A stretch of DNA of 64,000 nucleotides. It comes from an uncultured beta proteobacterium. GTDB lineage: Bacteria; Pseudomonadota; Gammaproteobacteria; Burkholderiales; SG8-39. The notes beneath the pieces are model-generated. The model had not been told where the DNA came from, made no database searches, and saw only the letters and a program-made list of their open reading frames with translations. Every line of letters starts with the position of its first letter. Position 1 is the stretch's first letter. Shown in pieces: positions 9,461 through 18,927 of the stretch. The DNA is taken from contig CAWBNB010000010.1 of the NCBI GenBank assembly GCA_963789885.1, positions 334,312-398,311 on the forward strand, written 5' to 3'. The translations under genes were made by a program, and so were the position numbers.

Positions 9461-10426
9461 TCAGTCGAGTTTGGCGCCGCTGTCCTTCACGAGCTTGGAC
9501 CACTTGGCGAGCTCGGCGCCGATGAAGGCCCGGAACTCGGCCGGCGTCATCAGGTCGGTCTCGAGTCCGGCTTTCTGCATCGCCTCGACGAACTCCCTCG
9601 TCTGCGCGATCTTCGCGACGTCGCCGTACACCTTCGCCACGATTTCGTCGGGCGTCCGCGCGGGGGCGACGAGCCCGTTCCACGCCGAGACGTCGAAATC
9701 GGGAATTCCCGATTCGGTGACGGTCGGCACGTCGGGGAGCTGCGTCGAGCGCTTCGCGCTGGTGACCGCGAGCACCTTGAGCTTCCCGGACTTGAGCTGC
9801 GGCAGCGCGCTCGCCGCCGCCGGCGCTCCCAGCGGAATCTGGTTGCCGAGGATGTCGGTCATCATCTGCGCGATGCCCTTGTAGGGCACGTGCGTCATGT
9901 CGATCGCCGTTTTCGTCTTCAGCAGCTCGAAGACGAGGTGCGTCACGCTGCCGTTCCCCCCCGAGCCGTAGAGCACCGTCTTCGGCTTCGCCTTGGCGAG
10001 CGCGACGAGCTCGGTCACCGAGCTCGCCGGGAAGGCCGGGTTGGCCACGAACGCGAGCGGCGCGATCGCGATGCGCGCGATCGGCTTGAAATCGCGGGCC
10101 ATGTCGTAGCCGGCGTCGGCGTAGAGGCTCGGGTTGATGACGTTGTTGATGCCGGCCATCAGCAGCGTGTAACCGTCCGGGGCGGCCTTCGCGACCGTCA
10201 CCGCGCCGATGTTTCCGCCCGCCCCCATCACGTTCTCGACGACGACGCCCTGCCCCCAGACGTCGGCGAGGCGCGCGGCGAGCTGCCGCGCGGCGATGTC
10301 CGCGGCCGTCCCGGTCGAGAATGGCACGACGATCTTCACCGGCTTCGCGGGCCAGGCCTGCGCGAGCACCGCCGGGGCGACCGCGACGGCGAGGACGCCG
10401 AAGGCGAAGAGCAGCTTGCGGCTCAT
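9461..10426 (-). CDS. Bug/TctC tripartite tricarboxylate transporter substrate-binding protein
   Basis: Signal peptide; WPAKPVKIVVPF, APDGYTLL, HVPYKG and PDVPT. Confidence 0.92.
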   Translation of the reverse strand: MSRKLLFAFGVLAVAVAPAVLAQAWPAKPVKIVVPFSTGTAADIAARQLAARLADVWGQGVVVENVMGAGGNIGAVTVAKAAPDGYTLLMAGINNVINPSLYADAGYDMARDFKPIARIAIAPLAFVANPAFPASSVTELVALAKAKPKTVLYGSGGNGSVTHLVFELLKTKTAIDMTHVPYKGIAQMMTDILGNQIPLGAPAAASALPQLKSGKLKVLAVTSAKRSTQLPDVPTVTESGIPDFDVSAWNGLVAPARTPDEIVAKVYGDVAKIAQTREFVEAMQKAGLETDLMTPAEFRAFIGAELAKWSKLVKDSGAKLD

Positions 10427-10435
10427 GGCGCCCGC

Positions 10436-11416
10436 TCAGGAATCGATCTTCGCGCCGGATGCGCGGATGATCTTCGCGGTCTTGTCGATCTCCACGCGGA
10501 TGAAGGCCGCGAACTCCTCCGGCGAGGAGCCGAAGATCTCGTAGTCCTTCAGGCGGTCGAGCACGGCCGGGTCCTTCAGCGCCCTCACGACCTCGGCGTG
10601 CAGGCGGTCGATGGCCGCCCTGGGCGTCCCGGCGGGCGCGAGGATCCCGAACCACGAGCTGAAGTCGTAGCCCGGATAGCCGAGCTCGGCGATCGTCGGG
10701 ACGTCGGGCAGGCCGCGGAAGCGCTTCGGTGTCGTCACCGCGATCGCGCGGAGCTTCCCGTCCTTGAGGTGGCCGGTCACCGTCGGCATAGCGGCAAAGA
10801 GCGAATTGACCTGGCCGCCGAGCAGGTCGGGCATCACCGAGCCGCTGCCTTTGTAGGGAACGTGCAGCAGGTCGATGCCGGCGAGCTCCTTCAGCAGCTC
10901 GCCGGACAGGTGGTTGACCGTGCCGCTGCCGGCCGAGGCGAAGGTGATGCTGCCGGGCTTCGCCTTCGCGAGCGCGATGAACTCCTGCAGGTTCTTCGCC
11001 GGGAGCGCGGGGTTCACGACCAGCACGTGCGGATTGCCCGCCACGAGTGACACCGGCGCGATGTCCTTGATGGAGTCGAAGGTGAGCTTGCCGGCGTACA
11101 GCGTCACGTTGGACGCAAAGTTGTTCGTCTGCATCAGCAGCGTGTAGCCGTCCGGCGCCGACCGTACCAGCGCCTCGGTCGCCACGATCGTGTTCGCGCC
11201 CGGCCGGTTCTCCACCAGAACCTGCTGGGCCATGCTTTCGGTCATCTTGCCCGCGACGATCCGGGTCAGGATGTCGGTGCCGCCGCCCGGGGTGAACGGG
11301 ACCATGATCTTGACCGGCCGGGCGGGGTAGGCGCCTTGCGCGTGCGCCGCGCCGTAGACGCCTGCGCCGAGGAGCGCGGCGGCGAGCGTCGCGCTGACGA
11401 GCGGGGTGAGCTTCAC
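10436..11416 (-). CDS. Bug/TctC substrate-binding protein
   Basis: GTG start after AGGAGG; PFTPGGGTD, ENRPGA and HVPYKGSG. Confidence 0.92.
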   Translation of the reverse strand: MKLTPLVSATLAAALLGAGVYGAAHAQGAYPARPVKIMVPFTPGGGTDILTRIVAGKMTESMAQQVLVENRPGANTIVATEALVRSAPDGYTLLMQTNNFASNVTLYAGKLTFDSIKDIAPVSLVAGNPHVLVVNPALPAKNLQEFIALAKAKPGSITFASAGSGTVNHLSGELLKELAGIDLLHVPYKGSGSVMPDLLGGQVNSLFAAMPTVTGHLKDGKLRAIAVTTPKRFRGLPDVPTIAELGYPGYDFSSWFGILAPAGTPRAAIDRLHAEVVRALKDPAVLDRLKDYEIFGSSPEEFAAFIRVEIDKTAKIIRASGAKIDS

Positions 11417-11445
11417 CGGTACTGCCTCCTGGTTGGTGATCGCTA

Positions 11446-11522
11446 CTTGTTGTTCGGTGCTTGTTGTTTGTTGTGGTTTGTCGGGTGTGCTGTGTGTGTC
11501 TGTCTTGTGTGTGTTGTTCGCT
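11446..11522 (-). repeat. low-complexity CA-rich (U-free) intergenic tract
   Basis: 77 nt with no A on the + strand, i.e. CAA/CA-rich on the coding strand, just upstream of the Bug RBS. Confidence 0.8.
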
Positions 11523-11550
11523 ATTTGCTGTGTCGGTCCGACGTTCGCCG

Positions 11551-12420
11551 TCAGCCGGCCGGCTGCAACGGTGCGCCTTTCAGCATGATGCGGTAGAGAT
11601 AGCGGTACTCGGACGGGTCGAAGTCCGGGTTCGCCTGATGCATGACGCTGCGGTTGTCCCAGATCACCATGTCGCCGGGCAGCCACTTGTGGCGGTACTC
11701 GTACTTCGGCTGCGTCGCGTGGTCGTACAGCTCGTCGATGAGCTTGAACGCCGCGTCCGGGCCCATGCCCTCGACGCCCTCCATGCGGGCGGTGTTGAGG
11801 TAGAGCGCCGGACGCCCGCTGTCCGGATGGCGGATGACGAGCGGTTGCAGCGTCTGCGGGATCTTGGCACGCTCCTCGGCGCTCAGCGCCGTCATCTTGC
11901 GCGGGCTGTGGCTACTTTCGTAGACGTGGGGCGAACGCAGCGGCAGGATCTTCCGCTTCGTCTCCTCCGGCAGATCGTCGTACGCCTTGCGCACGTCGAC
12001 GAACTGCGTGTCGCCGCCCTGCGACGGCAGCGAGACCGCGTAGAGCGTCGTCGCCTTGGGGGGCGCCGCGAAGTTCGAGTGGTCGGTGTGGTAGTTCTCC
12101 CCGCGCACGTGCAGCTTGCCGTCCACGAGCGGCAGGTCGCGGCTCGAGATCGTGCCGACGAGCGGGTTCTCCGGCAGGGCGTACTTCTTGATCTGCTGCT
12201 CGAGCAGCTCGCCGAAGATTCCGGCGGCGTCCGCGAACTGGCCCGGTGTCAGCTTCTGGCCGCGGATGACGAGCACGGCGTGCTTGACCCACGCGTCGTA
12301 CAGCGCCTTGCGGGTTGCGGCGTCCACCGGCCTGGAGAGGTCGATCCCGGTGACTTCCGCGCCGAGCGCGGCAGGGAGGGGGCGGACGGTGAACTTCGCA
12401 GTCTCCTGGGTGGTGAGCAT
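11551..12420 (-). CDS. TauD/TfdA family Fe(II)/2-oxoglutarate dioxygenase
   Basis: LGAEVTGIDL, YHTD (HxD), GGDTQF and WDNRSVMH. Confidence 0.92.
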   Translation of the reverse strand: MLTTQETAKFTVRPLPAALGAEVTGIDLSRPVDAATRKALYDAWVKHAVLVIRGQKLTPGQFADAAGIFGELLEQQIKKYALPENPLVGTISSRDLPLVDGKLHVRGENYHTDHSNFAAPPKATTLYAVSLPSQGGDTQFVDVRKAYDDLPEETKRKILPLRSPHVYESSHSPRKMTALSAEERAKIPQTLQPLVIRHPDSGRPALYLNTARMEGVEGMGPDAAFKLIDELYDHATQPKYEYRHKWLPGDMVIWDNRSVMHQANPDFDPSEYRYLYRIMLKGAPLQPAG

Positions 12421-12496
12421 CTATGGCGCTCCTCCAAAAACGACCATTGTTCCTGAGCGCGCGCCCCGGGTGGTAATCACCATTTTTGGCGGGATC

Positions 12497-12511
12497 ATAA
12501 GATCATGTGAT
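12497..12511. promoter_or_regulatory. putative LysR T-N11-A box
   Basis: ATAAGATCATGTGAT between the divergent tauD-like gene and lysR. Confidence 0.4.
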
Positions 12512-12541
12512 ACTTAACCCGGGTCCAGCCAGGGTCTTGTG

Positions 12542-13427
12542 ATGACGCTGCGACAGCTCGAAACCCTCTACGCGATCATGCGCGCCGGCTCGATCACCGC
12601 GGCCGCACGCAACCTGCACGTTACCCAGCCGGCGGTCAGCGCCGTGCTCAAGCACGCCGAGCAGCAGCTGCGGATGACGCTGTTCGAGCGGATCGGTGGC
12701 CGGCTCCATCCCACCCCGGAGGCGCTCTCGCTGCTGCCGGACCTGGAGGAGATCTTCGGGCGCATCGACACCGTGAGCCGCACGATGCAGGAGCTGCGCG
12801 ACGGCCGCACCGGCAAGCTCGTTCTCGCGACTTCGCCGACGCTCGTCAACGCGTTCCTCCCGCAGGCGATCGCCGCGCTGCGCACGGCGACGCCGAAGCT
12901 CAACGTCGTCGTGCATTCCCTGCCGACGTCGATGGCGATCGCGCGCGTGTCGCGGCGCGAGGCGGACATGGGGCTCGTCTATGCGCCGGTCGCCGATGGC
13001 GCGCTCGACGCGGAGGACCTGATCACCTCCGAGATGGCGGTCGTCGTGCCGCATGGTCACGCGCTTGCGCAGCAGGCCGCGGTCCAACGCCCGCGACCTG
13101 CGCGACGAGTCGGTGATCTCGACCGGCCCGGGCACGCGGCTCGGTGCGCTCGTGGAGGAGGCCTGCCGGCGGGAGGGCGAGACGCCGCCGTCGATCGGCA
13201 TCGAGGCGAGCTCGTCGCTCGCCGCCTGCATGATGGTGAGCTGCGGCGCCGGCGTCGGGCTGGTGGACCGCTCGATCGAGCTGTCGGGGCGGTTCGACGA
13301 TCTCGCCTTCCGGCCGTTCCGGCCCAGGATCGAAGTCCGGATCCAGCTCGTCTTCCCGCGCGACCGTCCGCGCTCGCGGGCGAGCATGCAGCTCGCGGAC
13401 TGGCTCCAGCGGAAATACCGCGGCTGA
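12542..13427 (+). pseudogene. LysR family regulator with +1 frameshift near 13085 (probably a sequencing error)
   Basis: HTH GSITAAARNLHVTQPAVS. The substrate-binding domain continues in the 13053-13427 frame (NARDLRDE...GAGVGLVD). Confidence 0.85.
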
Positions 13428-13530
13428 CTTGCCGGCCGGGGGCGAGACGCACGGGCGGCGATTCGGCTTCCGGCCCCGCTCCCCGATGCATCGTAGGATT
13501 GAGGGTACGTTTCCCGAAGGAGGACGAACG

Positions 13531-14224
13531 ATGGGTCAAATGGTCGGCTTCAAGCGTCCGGACGGACAGAGCGTGCAGGGGTATCTCGCGGAGCCCGCGG
13601 CGGGCGGCCGGGCACCGGGCCTGGTAGTCATTCAGGAATGGTGGGGCCTCAACGCGCAGATCAAGGGCGTCGCTGATCGGTTGGCAGCGGCCGGGTACCG
13701 CGCGCTGGTGCCCGACCTGTATCGCGGCAAGGTCGCCGTGGAGGCGAACGAAGCCGAGCACCTCATGACCAACCTCGACTTCGGCGATGCGGCCGGTCAG
13801 GACGTGCGCGGCGCGGTCCAGTATCTGAAGGGAGGGCGGAGCCAAGGTCGGCGTCACCGGCTTCTGCATGGGCGGCGCGCTCACCCTGCTGTCGGTGGCG
13901 AACGTTCCGGAAGTGGACGCCGGCGTGTGCTGGTACGGCTTCCCGCCGCTCGAATACATCGACGCGACCAAGATCAAGGCGCCGCTCCTCGGTCACTTCG
14001 CGATCGACGACGTTCCCTTCCCGATCGCCACCGTCGACAAGCTCGAGGAGAAGCTGCGGGGAGCCAAGGTCAAGTTCGAGTTCCACCGCTACAAGGCCCA
14101 GCACGCCTTCGCGAACGAAACGGCCGTCGGCGCGAACAAGCTGCCGATCACCGAGTACAACGCCGAAGCGGCGAAGCTCGCGTGGAGCCGGACGATGGAC
14201 TTCCTCGCGCGCCACCTGAAGTGA
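13531..14224 (+). pseudogene. dienelactone hydrolase family protein with frameshift near 13830
   Basis: VIQEWWGLN and PDLY in one frame; GFCMGG and HAFAN in the next frame. Confidence 0.85.
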
Positions 14225-15887
14225 CCGGCATCGCGAGCGCGGCCGAGCTCGCCGCGATGCTGGAGGACGGCGGCGAGCTCGCGCTCCTCGACGTCCGCGA
14301 AGAGGGCGTCTTCGCGAAGGGGCATCTCTTCCACGCCGTGTCGCTGCCGCTCTCGCGGCTCGAGCTCAGGCTGGCGCGGCTCGTACCCCGGCTCACGACG
14401 CGGATCGTCCTCTGCGATGCGGACGACGGTCTCGCGCAGCGCGCCGCGGCGAAGCTGCGCGGGTTCGGCTACCGGAACGTCTCGGTGCTCGCCGGCGGCG
14501 TCGCCGCTTGGCGCGCGCTCGGTCACGAGCTCTTCGCGGGCGTGTACGTCCCGAGCAAGGCGTTCGGCGAGCACGTCGAGCACCGCGACGGCACGCCGTC
14601 GATCTCGTCCGAGGAGCTGGCGGCCAAGCAGCGCGCAGGCGAGAAGATGGTGGTGCTGGACAGCCGGCCGCTGAGCGAGTTCCAGCGCATGAGCCTGCCC
14701 GGCGCGCTCGATTGCCCCGGTGCGGAGCTGGTTCACCGGATCTTCGAGGTGGCGCCCGATCCGGACACGCTGGTCGTGGTGAACTGCGCCGGCCGCACGC
14801 GCTCGATCATCGGCGCGCAGTCGCTGCGGAACGCGGGGGTGCCGCACCGCGTGGTCGCGCTGCGCAACGGCACGATGGGTTGGACGCTGGCCGGGCTCGA
14901 GCTCGAGCACGGCCAGCGCGAGATGGCGCCGCCACCCGGCGCCGCCGCGCTCGAGAAGGCACGCGCCGCGCGCGCAAGGTCGCGGTGCGGTTCGGCGTGC
15001 GCGAGGCGACCGATCGCGACGTGCGCGCTGGCGGACGCGATCCCGACCGCACGCTTTACGTCTTCGACGTGCGCACGCCGGAGGAGTATCTCGCCGGCCA
15101 TCTGCCGGAGGCGGCAAGCGCGCCCGGTGGCCAGCTCGTGCAGTCGACCGACGCGTACGTCGGCACCAGTAACGCACGCATCGTGCTCGTGGATTCCGAC
15201 GGCGTCCGCGCCCCGATGACTGCGTCCTGGCTCGTGCAGATGGGCTGGCGCGACGTGTTCGTCTGGCGCGACGCAATGGTCGGCGCGGCGCTCATCGAGG
15301 GCGCTCCACCGCAGCAGGTCCTCGGGCTCAACGAAGCGCGGACGGTCGCCCCGCACGAGCTGAAAGGTCTGCTCGACCAGGCGCGCGTCGAGCTCGTCGA
15401 TCTCGCGAGCAGCCTCGAGTACCGGCGCGGGCACATTCCCGGCGCCGCGTACGCGATCCGCTCGCGGCTCGAGCGCGCCTTGACGAAGCTCGTGCCCGGC
15501 CGCGCGCTCGTGCTCACTTCCCCCGACGGCGTGCTCGCACGGCTCGCAGCCCCCGAAGCGGCGGCAGCACGGAACCACCCGGTGTCGGTCCTGGACGGCG
15601 GCACGGCAGCATGGTCGGCGGCGGGACTCGCGCTCGAGCCGGGCGCCACGCGGATGCTGGACGAGACGGACGACGTCTACTACCTGCCCTACGACCACGC
15701 CGACCGCGTCGAGCAGGCGATGCGCGACTACCTCACGTGGGAAGTCGCGCTCGTCGAACAGCTCGCGCGGGAGGGCGTGCGGTTTCCCGGCGTTTCCCGG
15801 CGGCACCTAGGCCGCGGGCCGGAGCGGAGGCCCGCTCAGTCGTGCCGCAGGCGGATCAGCCGCTTGCCGAGGTTCTCCCCGCGATAG
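14221..15887 (+). pseudogene. multi-rhodanese-domain sulfurtransferase with frameshift(s) near 14970-15030; true stop uncertain
   Basis: LLDVREEG..GH, VPSKAFGE, VNCAGRTRSIIG, DVRTPEEY..GH.P, GHIPGA and YLTWEV are split over two frames. Confidence 0.85.
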
Positions 15888-16852
15888 AGCCCTGCGATCG
15901 CGCCCGGTGCGTGTTCGATGCCTTCGAGTACGTCCTCGCGATAGCGCAGCTTCCCGGCGCGCAGCCAGTCCGCGAGCCGGGCGACCGCCTCCTCGTAGCG
16001 GTGCTGGTAGTCGAAGACGATGAAACCCTGCATGCGCGCGCGCTTCACGAGCAGATGCCGCTCGACGCGCGGGCCGACGGGCGGCGGGTCCCAGCTTGCC
16101 ACCGCGGCGGTACCGCAGATGACGATCCTGGCCCCGACCGCAAGGTGGCGCAGTACCGCATCGCTGATCGGGCCGGCGGTGTTGTCGAAGTACACGTCGA
16201 TGCCGCGCGGACACGCCGCTCCGAGCGCCGTGTCGAGGCCGGCACCTTTGTAATCGATGGCGGCGTCGTAGCCGAACTCCTCGCGGCAGAGCGCGGTCTT
16301 GGTCGCACCGCCCGCGATGCCGACGGTGCGGCACCCCGTGAGCTTCGCGATCTGGCCCACCGTCGCGCCGACCGCGCCCGCGGCGGTCGAGACGGCCACC
16401 GTGTCCCCGGCGCGCGGCTGGCCGACGTCGAGCAGCGCGAAATACGCGGTCACGCCGTTCAGGCCCAGGATCCCGAGCGACGCCGACAGCGGGAGATCGG
16501 TCTCCTTCACCTTGCGCGTGATCGCGCTTCCGTCGGTTGTCGCGTACTCCTGCCAGCCGAGGAGGCCCATCACGCTCTCGCCGACCGCGTAGCCGGGATG
16601 GCGGGAGGCGACGACCACGCCCGCCGCGAACGAGCGCATGACCTCGCCGATGCCGACCGGCTGCGAGTAGTTCGCGACCGCGCTGACCCACCCGCGCATC
16701 GCCGGATCGACCGACAGGAAATCGTTGCGGACGAGGAACTGGCCGTCCCGCGGCTCGGGCGCCGGCGCCTCGACGATCTCGAAGTGCTCGGCCTGGGGGA
16801 TGCCGCTCGGGCGAGACTTGAGCCGGACCTGGCGGTTGCGCACGGGCGTCAT
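15836..16852 (-). CDS. NADP-dependent oxidoreductase (CurA/prostaglandin reductase-like MDR)
   Basis: SRPSG.P, LSVDPAMRG, AAGAVG, GIAGG, GIDVYFDN and GENLGK. Confidence 0.9.
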   Translation of the reverse strand: MTPVRNRQVRLKSRPSGIPQAEHFEIVEAPAPEPRDGQFLVRNDFLSVDPAMRGWVSAVANYSQPVGIGEVMRSFAAGVVVASRHPGYAVGESVMGLLGWQEYATTDGSAITRKVKETDLPLSASLGILGLNGVTAYFALLDVGQPRAGDTVAVSTAAGAVGATVGQIAKLTGCRTVGIAGGATKTALCREEFGYDAAIDYKGAGLDTALGAACPRGIDVYFDNTAGPISDAVLRHLAVGARIVICGTAAVASWDPPPVGPRVERHLLVKRARMQGFIVFDYQHRYEEAVARLADWLRAGKLRYREDVLEGIEHAPGAIAGLYRGENLGKRLIRLRHD

Positions 16853-16978
16853 CGGGTCGCTCCCCGGGCTAGGGTGGCGGACATGGTGACAGATCGCGCG
16901 GTCGCGATCCACCGCGGGCCGGGACCCGGCTCGCGCTTACGGTCTTCCGACTCCGGTCATGGGAGCCAGCGCACGAAA

Positions 16979-18925
16979 TCAGCCGCGGAACGGGTTCGCC
17001 AGCCGGGTCGTGATCGACTTCAGCTTGTCGAGGATCGACTGCCCTAGCTTGGACTCGCGCGCGTCCGTGGAGCGGCGCGCGGCCTGCATCTTCACCATTT
17101 CCGGCGACTGCTTGAACGCGTAGTAGCGCTCCAGTGCCGCGACGATGTGGCTCTGGAGCAGCGTCAGGTTGATCGGCTTGTTGATGAAGCGGAAGATCCG
17201 CGCCTCGTTGATCAGGCTGATGATCAGCTCCGAGTCCGACGCGCTGGTGGTGACGATCACCAGCGTCTGCGGATGTTCCTGCTTCAGCAGCTTGAACAGT
17301 ACCGTGTTGTCGACCCGCTGCGACTCGAGGTCGGCGATCAGCACCGCGATCTCGTTCACCGCGAGCGCGTGCAGCGCGTCGTCCAGGTTGTTCGCGTGCA
17401 CCACGCGGCAGAGGTCGCCCGACATCTCGCGCGCCGCGCGCGCGAGCGGCGCGTCGTCGAGCACGAGCATCGCGAGGTCGGCGGTCGACCGCGTCGCCGC
17501 GCGCGGGGGCGGGCTCGCCTCGAGCGCGATCGCGATCGTCACCGCCTCGCCGATCGTCGCCTGCAGGTCGTCCTGGTTCCACGGCTTGGAGATGAAGCGG
17601 AACACCTCGCCGTCGTTCACCGAGCCGACGATCGCCGCGAGGTCCGAGTAGCCGGTGAGGAGCATCCGCACCGAGTTTGGCGCGACGAGCTTCAGCTCGC
17701 GCAGGAGCTCGACGCCGAGCATGCCCGGCATCCGCTGGTCGCTGACGATGACGTGGAAGTGACGGCTCTTCGCGAGCTGCAGCGCCTCTTCCCCGCCGGT
17801 CGCCACCGTGACGTCATAGGTTTGGTGGAACAGGATCCGGAGCGCGTTGAGCACCCGCTCCTCGTCGTCCACGAAGAGGATGGCCGGCTTCTTCCGGACC
17901 GGCGCGGCCGCCACGTCCAGCGCCCGCGGCTCGGTCTTCACCTCTGGCGAGCCGGAGCCGGCGGCGATCGCCCGCCGCAGCGCGGTGACCGTCGTCGCGC
18001 GCAGCCGATGCGTCCCCGACGGCGTGTCGTCGCCTTCGAGGTGCGGCGAGGTGATCTCGTGCTCGCCGGTGTCTGAGAACCGGGCGGTGGGGAGCGGCTT
18101 GTCGTCGAACGCGAGATGCAGCGCTTCCAGGAACTGCCGCGCGCTGCGGAACCGGTCCTCCGGGCGCTTCGCGAGCGCCTTCAGCAGCACCCGGTCCAGC
18201 TCCTTCGACAGCCGCGGCTCGAGCGTCGAGGGCAGCGGGGGCGGCATCTCGAGGATCTGGCGCATCAGGTTCGCACCCTGCCCCTCGAACGGCCGGCGGC
18301 CCGTCAGCACCTCGTACACGATCACCGCCGCGGAGTAGACGTCGCTCCGCTCGTCGGCGGTCTGGCCGTCGAACTGCTCGGGGGCCATGTAGTACGGCGT
18401 GCCGAGCACCTCGCCCATCAGGGTGAGGTGCGAATGCTCGATCCGTGCGATGCCGAAGTCGCTGATCTTCGCCGTCCCCATCTCGCTGATCAGCAGGTTG
18501 CCGGGCTTGATGTCGCGGTGGATGACCCCGCGCGAGTGCGAGTACTCGAGGGCCTCGAGCAGCTGGTCGAGGATCTCGGGGAAGGTCCTCAGCTCCGGCC
18601 GGTAGCCGGCGACGAGATGATCGCGGAGGCTCCTGCCCGGCACGCACTCCATCGCGATGAACACGGAATCCTGGTCCTCGCCGTACTCGTAGATCGCGAC
18701 TATGTTCGGGTGATGGAGGCTCCCGGCGGCGCGCGCCTCGCGCTTGAAGCGCTCGAGCACGCTCTCGGCGTCGTTCGGGTCGAGGTCGCGCCGGCGGATC
18801 ACCTTCAGTGCGACCTCGCGCTTGATGACCGGATCCTCGCCGCGGTAGACGACGCCCATGCCGCCCCGACCGAGCTCGCCGGTGATCAGGTATTTGCCGA
18901 CCTGCTGCGGGCGCTCGTAGTTCAT
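16979..18925 (-). CDS. Hanks-type Ser/Thr protein kinase fused to two receiver domains
   Basis: Kinase motifs GRGGMG, VALK, HRDIKPGN, DFG and GTPYYMAPE. REC1 FVDDE..SDQRMP..LTG..KPW; REC2 VLDD..ADLE..KPI. Confidence 0.9.
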   Translation of the reverse strand: MNYERPQQVGKYLITGELGRGGMGVVYRGEDPVIKREVALKVIRRRDLDPNDAESVLERFKREARAAGSLHHPNIVAIYEYGEDQDSVFIAMECVPGRSLRDHLVAGYRPELRTFPEILDQLLEALEYSHSRGVIHRDIKPGNLLISEMGTAKISDFGIARIEHSHLTLMGEVLGTPYYMAPEQFDGQTADERSDVYSAAVIVYEVLTGRRPFEGQGANLMRQILEMPPPLPSTLEPRLSKELDRVLLKALAKRPEDRFRSARQFLEALHLAFDDKPLPTARFSDTGEHEITSPHLEGDDTPSGTHRLRATTVTALRRAIAAGSGSPEVKTEPRALDVAAAPVRKKPAILFVDDEERVLNALRILFHQTYDVTVATGGEEALQLAKSRHFHVIVSDQRMPGMLGVELLRELKLVAPNSVRMLLTGYSDLAAIVGSVNDGEVFRFISKPWNQDDLQATIGEAVTIAIALEASPPPRAATRSTADLAMLVLDDAPLARAAREMSGDLCRVVHANNLDDALHALAVNEIAVLIADLESQRVDNTVLFKLLKQEHPQTLVIVTTSASDSELIISLINEARIFRFINKPINLTLLQSHIVAALERYYAFKQSPEMVKMQAARRSTDARESKLGQSILDKLKSITTRLANPFRG

Positions 18926-18927
18926 CG

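Noticed and set aside
13429-15219. 596-aa dienelactone hydrolase-rhodanese fusion from the ORF track
   Set aside because: Artefact of an indel near 13830. The hydrolase ends at 14224 and the rhodanese starts at 14221.
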